A DNA stretch of 64,000 nucleotides from Nymphaea colorata (taxonomy: Eukaryota): the NCBI RefSeq assembly GCF_008831285.2, contig NC_045138.2, forward strand, positions 31,496,001 to 31,560,000. The letters are read 5' to 3'. A program made the position numbers and the translations under genes. The stretch's first letter is position 1. Every line of letters starts with the position of its first letter. The notes under the pieces are model-generated. The model did no database searches. It had not been told where the DNA came from and saw only the letters and a program-made list of their open reading frames with translations. Below are positions 37,915-50,100 of this stretch, piece after piece.

Positions 37915-38120
37915 GAGGGGGGGCGCCTAGGCCGTAGCCCCACTCCAGCCAATGAAATTTTTTATTTTTACATTGAAAAAAAAATAATTTTTAATTACGT
38001 AATGTATTTTTTGTATTAAAATTCAGTTTGGCCTTACCTGGATCCAGAGGTCGAACTGTCGGCCCGCCCTGAAGAAAATCCTGGCTCCGCCCCCTGAAGA
38101 AAATCCTGACTCCGCCCCTA
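37915..38120. mobile_element. hAT-type MITE (206 bp) with duplicated right end
   Basis: Perfect 8-bp TSD CATACAAT (37907-37914, 38121-38128). Ends GAGGGGGGGCGCC / GACTCCGCCCCTA. Confidence 0.85.
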
Positions 38121-40867
38121 CATACAATGTACCCCAAAAAAGTCTTAAAATATGATCAAGAGCACTCGGTATGGATGCAAATAGATTGTATTGATCCATT
38201 TTCATGTGGATACCAGATCTGGACCTGGACCAGTACAGCTGTTGTCATGTGGATATGTGAGAATATGACTAAGAATAATTAATGATATGACGAAAATTAA
38301 AGCTGTTCAGAGTTTTGTTAATTTCAAGTTTAAAACATGTGAACATATGGGACTAAATCTGTATTCAAACATACATCTGTTTCCTCTTTGGGAACACAGA
38401 TCCAATATTAATTCTGATAGCTATGGTTAAAAGTCCACACTGTTATGGAAAAAAGGTCAGGAAAATATGTGCATAAATTTTAAAAAATAGAAAGAGTGTA
38501 AATGATGTGCAAAAACCAATAATTATTTATTATATAGTTAATATATTAGCAACAAAATATCTGCAGAGCAATATTAATTTTCCACAAAACAACTCCCCTT
38601 TTCTGTTCCGTTTGAAAAAAAAACGGTGGTATTTCACAGATTTGCTGAAGTTTGTTTCTAATGCTAACAGTGATCCAAATATTATCTCAATTGTTTCTTT
38701 TAGAACCAGTATGCAGAATAAAATGCTGGATCTGGATCTGATGTCTGGGAAACTCCCGTCCAGGCTCCTTCTGCGGCTGCTCCTGCCCATCTCAAATAAC
38801 ATAATCAGATTCCAATCTAACAAAATCAGATCCACAAGGGTCTAAAAAGATCAATTGGATTCAAAATAACGAGTTGCATAAAAGGTTGTGTCTGAATAGA
38901 ATCAGGAGGATTCGGAATTGGCGAAATAAGCAAACCAGATCCAGACCATTTACAACGGTAAATTGATGCTAGAATTATATTAGTGCTCCTTTAAGTTAAC
39001 CCTTTTGTATAGAAATTGCGTCCATGTCAAAGAACAATCTTAATCTTTGATTTTTTTTTTCAGATCGATTGTTGAGAAAATAATAATTTAAAAAAGTATA
39101 AACTAATATTAGATGATGAAAATGCCTTACACCTTTTTGTTTGTTATTTTTCTCTCGACTATAGATGTAGAAAAGATCAAGAGCTAAGATTGTTGCTTTA
39201 TATATCTCACATTCAAGCATCTAGCAGATACCAATTTCTACTCATTTGCATTATACTAATAATAAAACAAAAAACTACCCAGGCAAAAATATTGAAAAAA
39301 AATATTATGGGCTTTGGCTCTAAACATTTTTTAGAGCTTAAGTTTAACAACTCCAATATTAAATTAATCTCAATTTGTGAATGCCATATGCGTGCAATTA
39401 TTTTAGCATCCAAATCCCGATTATCTATATGGACACATGCTCAACCTGATCTGTCATTTTTATATTTTAATGCGAATTTAATATGCCGTTGATAATTTCA
39501 ACTTTGCTGCTGATTAGTGAAAAGCTCCCCACTTGTTGACTCAATTAGATGGGGCTGAGTTTAGCTTATGTCATGAAATATTTGTAAAGACACGCATTAA
39601 TTTTTATGGAGTCACGAAAACATACTTAAGTTTTAAATGTTTTTCATTTAACTGCCTAAAGTACAGAGAAAACAGGCAGTCAAATAAAACAAACCCAAAT
39701 TTAAGCATGCTCTTGGTGTGCCACAAAAACTTGAGCATGTTTTCATAAAAATTCCATAATGTGACTTAATCGGACACTGGCTACCTGAACTGAATCCAGA
39801 TCCAAGCAACTTCGTTTGGCTTTAAATTTCACCAGCTTCGGCTGGGTTTCTCACATTTGAGATACAAATCCGATCCATTTATGGCCTTAATGCCATACAC
39901 GTACTCGATCCGGGTAAGGCTTGATCATATCCGAACCACACCAGTATTGTGTCCAGTACCAGTTTTATATGGACTGTACCACCTTATTATTATACGGCAG
40001 TTTGATATCTTTGATCAAGTTCCTTTCGAAGCTGTATGTTGAATTATCATTTGTGAACCAATTGGATTTGGTTCTGCTTATCGGTCAAGACCCGATCCAA
40101 TGAGATGAAATATAAGAACTACTAGATAAATAACTATTTATCATATGGCAAAGGCATCGAACGAGCTTCTGATGAAGTCAAGTATTCATAAGAAACAATA
40201 GTTTTTTAAAGAACAAGATTTTCATATTTTCTAAAAAAAAATTGCAAAAAAAAAGTCATTTAGAAGCTGCCCTATGCTGGAGCAAGAAGAAAAAGACACC
40301 AATATACAAATAATGCATAGTGGGGCACCTACCCCGAAACATCATAAAGTAGCCCCCAATCTCGTGGGAATGAGGGGAAAAGAAGGGGGGTTCGACTTTT
40401 TCTCAGGCGGTGAGATTAGGTTCTGGCTCCCTTGAAGCTGCCAATCAACCGAAAAAACTACTGAATAATTTTTAAAAATGCCCATGAAAGAACTTTTTGG
40501 CTGTTTCTGGCCAACCACTAGCCAAGAATGTCTTTTTCAAAATTGAATGAAATGAAATAAAAAATGAAAAATAGAGAAAAAAAAGTTGAGGAAATTTGAC
40601 CAATTTCCTTATCAGTGAGATGGAAAACCAGGGAGAAAAAGCATCAGTTTTCAAAAAACACATCAAAGCATGTATAGAATTTAATTAAAAAAGCAAAACA
40701 AATTTAAATAATTATAAAGTTGTGTGGCACTGCAGGCACTCAATCAATTCAATTTGCACACTAAAAGGGTCACATGTATGGGCGGTTGCACAAAACCCTA
40801 TAAATTTTTATTATTTTCCTATAAATGCCTTAAACTTTAAACTATTTATTTATTCCTCATGCCCCGA

Positions 40868-41238
40868 TAGGGTTGAACACGAGCCGAGTCGAGCTCGAGC
40901 TCGGCTCGAGTAATGAAACCTCGAGCTCGACTCAGCTCCAGGTCGAGAATAGCTTGATGGAAGCAGGTTGAGTTCGACTCGGCAGTTATGTGTTGAACTC
41001 AAACTTGACTCGATTAAGACTCGACAGACTCGTAAACTCATTTGAATATATCGACTTGATTAAGGCTCGAGCTCGACTTGGCAGTTACGTGTTGAGCTCA
41101 AACTCAATTAGATTATTTGAACGAGTCAACTCATGAACTCAAGCTCAACTCGTTAAGCAAATGACTCGACTCGAACTCGTTCAATAGTCGAGCTTTAATG
41201 GTTTGAGCTCAAGTAGCTTGACTTATTGTTCATCCCTA
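40868..41238. mobile_element. hAT-type MITE (371 bp) rich in CTCGA(G) subterminal motifs
   Basis: TIR TAGGGTTGAACA / TGTTCATCCCTA. Perfect 8-bp TSD TGCCCCGA (40860-40867, 41239-41246). Confidence 0.92.
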
Positions 41239-41719
41239 TGCCCCGAAATTAAGCGGGGCTTCGCAATATATAAGTTGGAAGCAAGACATCCGTCAACTAA
41301 GGACGAAGTTTTTTGCAATATATCCACCCGCCAGAGAAACATTTTGGTTCTATGAGATGATCTTGCAAGAGTATTGGCTTCACTTTGCACACCATAATCA
41401 TATCATTCTATTGCACTAAAAAATATATAAGAAATTCGAAAAAAAATTGAATTTGAATTTCACCCTTTCTAGATGGGTTTGATTATGCTTGGCAAACCAA
41501 TTTGACAGTTCGCAAGAATACGAAGAACAGATCTTATATCCAGATTTGCAGCCTCTTGATTTGCTTGATGGAATCGACTCGGAATCCCATCAAGCCCAAT
41601 ACCGAGTCTCTATCAGCATCAATCACAACACATTTGATGCTATGTATGAACGTAGAAGATATAATTACAACAAGTTATGGACTGTGTTGTTTTAGAAAGT
41701 TCCATAGCTACAAAAAATG

Positions 41720-42031
41720 CATTATTTTTGAAAAAAACGTGAAAAAAACGTAAGAAAATGAAACGCTGTTTAAAACTTGTTAAAAAAGCGTTAAAAACGA
41801 AAAAAACACGTTAGAAATTCGTTTTTAACGCGTTTTTTTATTCATTTTTCATTTTTTTAACGTCAAACTGTTTTTTTTATTTGTTGCAAATCTAATGTTT
41901 GTGTTATTATTTTCTCACTCATTTTATTTTTTTTCCAATTTTTAGTTTTTATTTTTTTTAAATACCATTTTTTCTTGTATTTTTCAAGTTTGTCGTATTA
42001 TACTTGAGAAAACCTCGCTGTTTAAAACTCC
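41720..42031 (-). repeat. Dispersed AT-rich repeat (MITE-like); inverted copy at 62774-63130
   Basis: The reverse complement GAGTTTTTAAACAGCGAGGTTTTCTCAAGTATAATACGACAAACTTGAAAAA matches GAGTTTTAAACGATGAGGATTTTCTCAGATATAATACGGCGAGCTTGAAAAA at ~62776. Shared ATTTGCAACAAATAAAAAA. Confidence 0.75.
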
Positions 42032-43349
42032 GATACGTTATTTGTGACTATTGACTACCGACAGTAATATTTTTTATCTACCTATTTTATATCTATGCTG
42101 CATTCAAATAGGGTGAGACACTACCATGAATTTTCATCTGTCCCAATCCGAGACCGTGTTCACTTTTTTGTCCATGGATCACCATCATGGGTTATAGATG
42201 AACGTCCAAGGAACTTTGTTTGCACGTGTCAAAGGCCCCCTAAAGTACAACCCATCCATCATTTATAGTTCAAAATATTTAGCACTCACAAGAATCGAAC
42301 CGACGATCAGGTTTTCATCTTCTAAGTTATATCTTTCTTCAAATTTCTTTTCTTTTGTTTTTTGACTGCTAGGAGATGACCTCCCCTTTCTTTTCTATTT
42401 TTCAATTCCTCTAAATGCAACCCAATTGTTGGTTAATTAGCGAGTATAAAATAGAATTAATTACAAAAAAATGCTCAACTATTGCTGATATGACAAAAGG
42501 ATGCTTAAGTATGGAGGCTTTTCATTTAGCCACCTATTTTTAATACAATTTAAGCTGTCAAATGGAAAACAAAAAATCTGCCATACCACCAAATGTTGAG
42601 CATGCTTTTGTAAAAGTTCCCCAATAAGTAAATCCTTTTATGTCTCCTTTCCTTTGTCATATCTTTCACCAAATGATTTCCATGTCTTTTATTATCCAAA
42701 CGAGTTCAACATCCAAAGATATGAAAATCCATGAAAGAAAGTCTTATTAGTTGGGAGAGTGAGTTGCATGCCCCGTTAGGTGCACACAACTCATATACGA
42801 AAAAGGGATATATATTGATAATTATTTTTAAAAAATGTCCTTTTTTTTATTTCTTTTTTTTTGTCCTTACAAAAGGTTTTTTTTATTGACAAAATGTATT
42901 TTCGTTATTAACCATACTTGCACACGTTTCTTCGGGAAGAAAAAAGAGAGCCCATTTTTTTTTTTTGGAATAGTGTTAGAGAGAAAAGATAGTGAGGAAA
43001 GAGAAGAAAGGAGAAATGCCAGGGAAGGATAATAAAAAAAAGTGAAGAAGAAAGAAAAGAGAAGAGAGAAGGAGGAAGATGAGAAGAAGAGGAGGTTGAG
43101 ATACAAGGAAGAGAAAGAAGACCCTTCTTAAGCATAAATTGGGACCTATTGAACACCATACAAGTATTTCGTGAATCTGCCTTAAAACGAAAACGAGGCG
43201 AATTCACGGAACTATTGAACAAGTGCTTTTACAACTTTGTTCCTATTTTAAAGCAGATTTATTGAACACTTACATCGTGTTTGTCATGCCAAATGGCCTA
43301 TTAAGGTGAATGCATTTTCTTTTTTATTTCTACTTGTGCTTTTCACGGA

Positions 43350-43510
43350 TGTTGCTTCGAGGGCTCAGAATAGCGTGAACCCTCTTATTGTGTTAAGTTG
43401 CTTCTCCTTCGTAGTGGAAGTTTTGTCCCGTGGCTTTTCCTAACAATGGGGTTTTTCTACGGCTAAATTTGTGTGTTATTTTGTTGACTCATTTTTGTTA
43501 TGTTTGTATA
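43350..43510 (+). mobile_element. Degraded copia LTR fragment (solo-LTR-like)
   Basis: CCCGTGGCTTTTCC...GGGGTTTTTCTACGGCTAAATT resembles TTCGTGGTTTTTTCC...GGGTTTTCCACGTTACAT in the 316-570 LTR. Ends not resolved. Confidence 0.4.
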
Positions 43511-44370
43511 TATATAGGCACAAGGTTGCAATATCTAATTAAGTAATTTGACAAATAGTTGCATGTACCTCTAATTAGGGCCAAATATCTAATACTTCTA
43601 AAAGATTATGCTATATATTAACTCGCGAGCCTTAAAGTGGTTAGATTTCGTTATATATTAATTTTTTTGAAACGCAAAATTCAAAATTTTATAGTGAACA
43701 AAATAAAAGCCTTATTTAATAGATTTACAAAAAATAGCTTGTAACGTATGAGTTATTAAATATTTACAAACATGATTTACACATTTTTTTACCATTTCAC
43801 TTTGTAGCCTCTTATGTTGTGGATACTTCTATGTAAACTTTATATGCAACAATAATTAAATGAAATTGATAGCTTCGTTTTCCGCTAGTGTCATATTCTT
43901 TGATAGCAAAACTACTCGTTTAAAAAATGAATCAGTCATGTTCATGTCATCAGTGCTTAGTCCTCTGTTTTTTGGCTGAATATTCTTCTATCTCATATCA
44001 AATTAAATTTAATCTCCCATAACTAAATTATACATAAAAGGCTAAAACTATCAAATGAGTTAAACTTTATGGTTGAGAGAAAAACTTAAAAAAAAAAAAT
44101 GAAAACTAATATTAAGTAACAAAAATGTCCATCGCCTTTTTTTCTTTTTGTTTTTCTCTTAACTATCTATCATGATAAATGATATAACTGGTTGAATTAT
44201 TCTAAAAAACTAAAGTCACTATATATATATATATATATAAAAAACAGATTTTATCCATCCAGATTTGAAAGGAGATATCGTTCGGTTGGATGCATTGGGC
44301 AGTGTATTTAAATCATATCCACCCATTACAATAACTTAAGATGGCTAGCGGATTTTAACCTTATTTAAGT

Positions 44371-44609
44371 AATAGTTAGTAAACCCGTGACTGAGACTCG
44401 AATCGGTAGGTGATCGGGTCACTGGGTCAGGGAGTTGGCGTTTAGACCCGAATTGACCTATCGACTCGGTCGCGTAATTAGATAACCAAAATGCAAACCA
44501 CTACAACTGAATTGGGCAAGTTAGAGGCAAGTCGGGCCAACCTTGACTCACGACCGGATCTATTGGTGATTCGAGCTGACTCGAGTGATTCTCGAGTTTG
44601 CCAACTATG
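44371..44609. mobile_element. hAT-type MITE (~239 bp)
   Basis: TIR AATAGTTAGTAAACCCG versus right-end reverse complement CATAGTTGGCAAACTCG. Imperfect TSD ATTTAAGT / ATTTATGG. Internal GACTCG motifs. Confidence 0.65.
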
Positions 44610-47130
44610 ATTTATGGATTTCTTTGTTTGGATTTAGATGGAAGAAATCCTTCGACTTCCCATATGTGTGGCATCCTCTATGGCTATGATTTGTTGGAGC
44701 TTAAAATGGCTTCAAGATTTCAACTCCTCTCTAACATTTCCAACTATCTCATTTAGTTGGCTTAGTTTATTTCCTCAACCATCAAATTACTATCATAAGA
44801 CTGGTGAATCATAAATGGGAAAAGGGACAATGGGGCTTCCAAATGAAAGCCTTTATAATACTTAAAACATGATAATATTAATTGACGGCTAGTTTTCTTT
44901 AAAAATGACATTGGAGAATTAAGGACGCAGCTGTCTGAAAAAGTCAATTTTCTCTATAAAGTAAAAACTATAACGTCAATAAAATAATTGCGTTGTTTAT
45001 TTTCAAAATAAACAAGAAAACTCGGAAAAAAATAAACAACTAACTATGCTTTATTTTCTATGCATGGAAAGCTTTTAATATTATTACTTGTTCAGTTTAT
45101 TCCCTACTCAAAAAAGTATATGACAAAAATGATTGATATTAAGCAGCCTGCAGGCATTATCTTGGTTAATAAATTTGACATTCTTTTACATATTATGACA
45201 ACTCCCTGATTTTTGTAACTCAAAAAGTTTTGTTCGAGTCCCCCACTGCTTAGGATCTCAGGTCAAGCCTCAGATCTGTTAAGAAATCTGCAATGCTATC
45301 AAACCTGAAATCCATATTTTTCAGGTCGATTTCAAGTTTGCGCGGGAAGAGCGTGCCCCTGCCTCCAGACGATGCCGACGAGCATCGCTTTGAATCGCTC
45401 CCTCTCTTTCTGTTTAGATTGTCAACAAGCTGCAGTTTAATGATTCGGTAACTACCACAATGGATTTAACAGTCGAGATGAAGACGATGATCTTCTCGGA
45501 GAACCTTTGGTTGACGGTCAGACGATGGCGGTGCTGGTAAGAGAAGCTGTTGAAGAGGGACCTTGATTTGGCGTTGACAACCAAAAGATCTCTCAGGCCT
45601 CAGAGAGTTTGTGAGCGACAAATTAACTCTCCATGTGAACAATTCAAGGGCTGGAACCTTCTTGCACGACGACAGTTGGCCGGGATTTGCTGGAAAAGAG
45701 AGATTTGGAGCGCTCCTTGTTTTCGTCGGAGAAGGAGAGTTCTAGCCCTTTTTTTCAATTGTAAAAATGAGGGCTTAGAAGCCCTTTTCCTTGCAATTCC
45801 AAGTTTGCCAGACAGAATCGTTGAGGAAGAAAGGCGTTTCAAGGAAGAGGAAGAGGAAGCAGGAGAGATAACAAAATTTGGAGACAAGAAGTCCACTAAA
45901 TAAAAAAACAAACTGGAAAAATAAAAATAAAAAAATAATTATACAAAACAACACAATAAAACAAAATAAATAGGGTGAAAAAAAAGTTGATAAACACAGC
46001 AACATAGTTACCCAACAGCAACATAGTTACCCAACAAAAAACAAAAGACGGTATCTTAGCAGCAGAGTCACCTACCAGCAAATGAAAGAAAAAGATATCG
46101 TACACTAATTTAGAGAAAAGTAATGTCCCAAAAAGCCGATGTTCATGCCTTTTTTCTCATGTTAACAACTAAAGTGTCACATGCATCAATGAAAATCAAA
46201 TGAGTCAATCAAATTTTCACAAACCTAACAATTCTATCAACTATGCTTTGCCTTTCAAACAAAAATATGGGGAATTGAATCCATAAGGTTTGACCTTATT
46301 GCATATGTAAACAAATGTAAATGTAGATTTATTTTTGAGTATCTAAAAATGACACTTGAATCTTCACACTAACACTACTGCTAGTAGTACTACTCCCAAT
46401 AATAATATTATATTATATATGACAAATTGAGTGTATGTCAAATTAATAGTTTAAAACGACCTCATGATAATATTGTATTGCACAACATGATCAAAGGATA
46501 ATGACACTTGTAGAATTAATTTAATCGGGAGCTTCTTTAACATTATTAACATGAGAGATCCGAATCCATCCGGGTTTGGATCTGGATCTGGACACACCCC
46601 AGAATATTATCACGGGGACAATAGATCTGGACCCGTTTAGTCTCATAAATCGATCCAAAATCCAAGCCAATAAAAGGCAGTCCTCACATCACATAACAAG
46701 AGCGACGATCAAGGAGCAGCAGCGCTGCAACAGAGACACCCTCCCCCAAAAGAACGGTACTTTTTAGATATTTTTAGGGGCAAAAAAATTCAGAATTTTC
46801 TGGATAGAGGAAGCATCCAAAAGGGAAACCATTGGCTGTTATTTGCTCATCACCGTGAGAGAGAGAGAGACGGAGCCTGGGCTCTTAGATTTCAGTTGCA
46901 GAAACCCTAGATCTGGAGAAGATTGAATGGCATCGGATACCCAACTGCCGGTCCATCCTCGATAGAGTTCGATAACGAAGACCGCCCGCGTCGGATGATT
47001 CGCGGGGAGAGGGTTTCGATTGGTTGCTGTTTCCGAGCGAGTTTCTTAATTTGGTGTTTTTGAGAGAAAAACTTCTTTATCTGATTTTTGGTGGGAGTTT
47101 GGGTTTTTAGAGAGGTTTTGGAGTGGAGAG

Positions 47131-50100
47131 ATGGCGGCGAACGGAGGGGTGCCGGATTTGTCGTCGAAGCCGGTGAGGGAGGATGATGACGAAGGTGAGT
47201 ACGAGAGTGATCCCGAGGAGGTGGTGCCCTTGGGGCTCCGGCGGAGAGAGGCGAGCGACGATGAGGAGGAGGAGGAGGTCCCCCAGAGAAGAAGGGATCG
47301 GAGGTTGTTGATTGGAGGGGAGGTGGAATCGGATGGAGAGGGTCGGCCGGCAGCGTATGAGGAGGAAGAGGACGTGGAGGGCGAGGAGGAGGAGGAGTTT
47401 GAGGAGGTGGACGAAGAGTTGGAGGAGGAGGAGTTGGAGGAGGCGGTTGTCCGCAGAGCAGGTGGCACTGCAGGACGCGCGGGCCAGTTGGCGTCCCCGG
47501 GAGATGGTGGACCGGATGAGGGAGGATCAGGCGTCCAGGAGTGTGAGGCTGTGCCTGATGCATCGGATTTCCGAGGGAAAAATCAGGCAGCGGCTAGCCA
47601 GGAGGAGAAGAAGGAGAACGAGCCATTTGCTGTGCCTACTGCAGGGGCTTTCTACATGCACGATGACCGCTTTCGTGACAATGGTGGTGCCCGGCACAGG
47701 TGCGTATTTTCGGCCTTCACTTTTCCTAACAGTAGCCTTTTTTTTTTGTCCTTCTCTTATTCATCCAATCACTTAAATTGTCTAGGAAGTGTTATTGTTA
47801 AAATTGGTATAGTAAAACTGACAGATTGATTGATATGAATCGGTCAACAAGGACATTGAGTAGATGGTCCTTGTAGGTTGAATCAGCTAAATGTGCAGTA
47901 TACTCTAGGTCGTTTCGAAGTTGCAAAGTGTTGGGTTTTGTTTTTCTGTTGGAGTCAAATATAGATATGCAATAGGTATTTAAACGTGGGGTTTTTTCAA
48001 CTTGAAATCACTTTGAATCAATATATGGAGACTTTGATTCATAACTTCCTAATCTGGATACCAATAAGGCAGCGTCTACTTTATGTATTGCGTTATCTTT
48101 AACACACGGATCCTCCTCAACTAATCTGAGTTCGTGTTGTGGAGAAACACTAGGTCTCTTTGATGCTTAGTAATATTTTCTAGTGGTAAGTGTGTGTAAA
48201 AAACTTCATCTTCAGCCTTCTGGGCACTTTAGATGCCTCAAGACAGGTCGCTACGTTATCAAGCTCAATGCCATATATTTGCTTTGTCTCACTTTCTGCA
48301 GAAGTATGTACATCTAAATTCCATGTAGAGGCTTTATCTGTTCTCCGATGCAGATGGCTTTTCTTTTACTGTGATTTTCCTGCAGCCCATTAAGTGGAAA
48401 TAGGCAATTGGCTTGATTTTTCTCAGGTCCTGAAAGGTCCTTTATAATGTCTTATTTCTTTTTCTTATTCATGTGATTAGCTTTACCATGCTATTGTATA
48501 TCTTCTTCTTAGTATAGCATGTATCCTATGCAGGAGGACCCCAGGTGGGCGAAAGTTATGGGAATCTAAAGACGATCGAGCGTGGGTGCATGACAGGTTT
48601 GAGGAAATGAACTTGAAAGAGACGCAGTACAACGAAGTATGTAGCTCTGCATCCTTGTCATAGACACGTTACTGGGATAATTCAATTTTTATTCGAATAT
48701 TTTGATTTATTTTATGTGCTAAAATTGTTAGTGGAGGTGATAATCATGCTTAACTCTCCCCTTTTTCACAGTAATATTCTAGAGAAAGGGTGTTATATAT
48801 AATCACAGCAGAAAAACTACTTCCGTAATGACCTAAATTATCAAAAGCACTAATCAGCGCCTGGAGGCCCTTATGTTGGGGCCTAATTGAATCACACAAG
48901 TAAACAAAAGAGGAAAGAAAGCAAAACTTAAATTTAAAGTCAACTTTTGCAAGTAAACAATGAAAAAACCTCACATAATAAAGATCAATCAAACTCACAG
49001 TCTCAATTCTTGTTTATGAAAAACCGATAATAAGGAGAACAACAAAAAAAAAGGTGCTTCCCACTTAATCAATGGCCTGAGCAATGAAGCACTAGACTCC
49101 CACTTGGAGGTCTGCATAGATAATGGCCTGGTGAAAAGTCATGCACCTAGTTTTTGTCATTATTATTGCTTGTTATTATTATATGGTATTCTTTTTATTA
49201 TTGTTATTATTAAAACATAGTCTTCGGCTTCTTATGGGCTTCTTGCAAGCAAAAATAAAAAATAGTTTGTCAAACTTCTATAGGGCAAAAGAGGTTCTAA
49301 AGGACGTTTCAGAGGCCGTGGTAGAGGCAGGGGCAGGGAACGGGGCTTTGCAAGAGGGAGCAGATCTAGATATTTTGATGAGAATATGGATAAAACTTCA
49401 AATCAACCACCGCGAACGGTTAAAGGCAGAGGACCAAGGAAATATGAGCCTCTTTCGAAGAACCAAGCCGAAACCCCTCCATCACATACTAAACCGTGAG
49501 GCCCATACCACTCTTTCTCTTTATTGCTGAGAGATAATTTCGTTATGTTATTAATATTAGATGTGGACCATGTGGTCAATGTCATTGATCACTTTGCTTC
49601 TCTTTCTGCTTACAGTGCTTCAAGATCTAATGAGATGTCTAATAAAGTTAGTGAAGGGGGTTCAGCTCCACTTACTGGTAATCCACAATATGAGGCAGTG
49701 GCTGCTCGCAAACAAGTTTTTGCTTCAATCTTAAGCTCAGATTCTCCTCCTTTCTACCCATCTGGGACATCCACCCAAGATGTTTCTGCTGCCCACAAAA
49801 AGGATGTACAGGTTGGAAGTGCTGTGAGAAACATGACAACCTCTGCTGCTATGGATGAAAATATCATGGGGTCAAACTCTAATATAGCTGCACGTGGAAA
49901 AGCAATTCTTGAACCTGTTGGGCAGGGTGGACCCTATGTTGGGCATTCTGCACGTCATACTACTGTAGGAAAACCATCACCTACTGTGCACATACATTCA
50001 TCTGGGAGTTCCTCTTCTGTTACCATGGTTCAGTCTCCTCAGCTCAAAGTTCGGGTGGCTGGCTCTGGACAACTTAATTATCAGTTTCCTCCTTCTTCTA

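Noticed and set aside
45550..45903. 117-aa ORF upstream of CASC3
   Set aside because: Non-ATG start, no recognisable motif or splice structure; probably a TE-derived purine-rich sequence.
46907..47563. Pro-rich and Ser-rich minus-strand ORFs (218 aa, 140 aa)
   Set aside because: Antisense shadows of the GAG-rich acidic first exon of CASC3.
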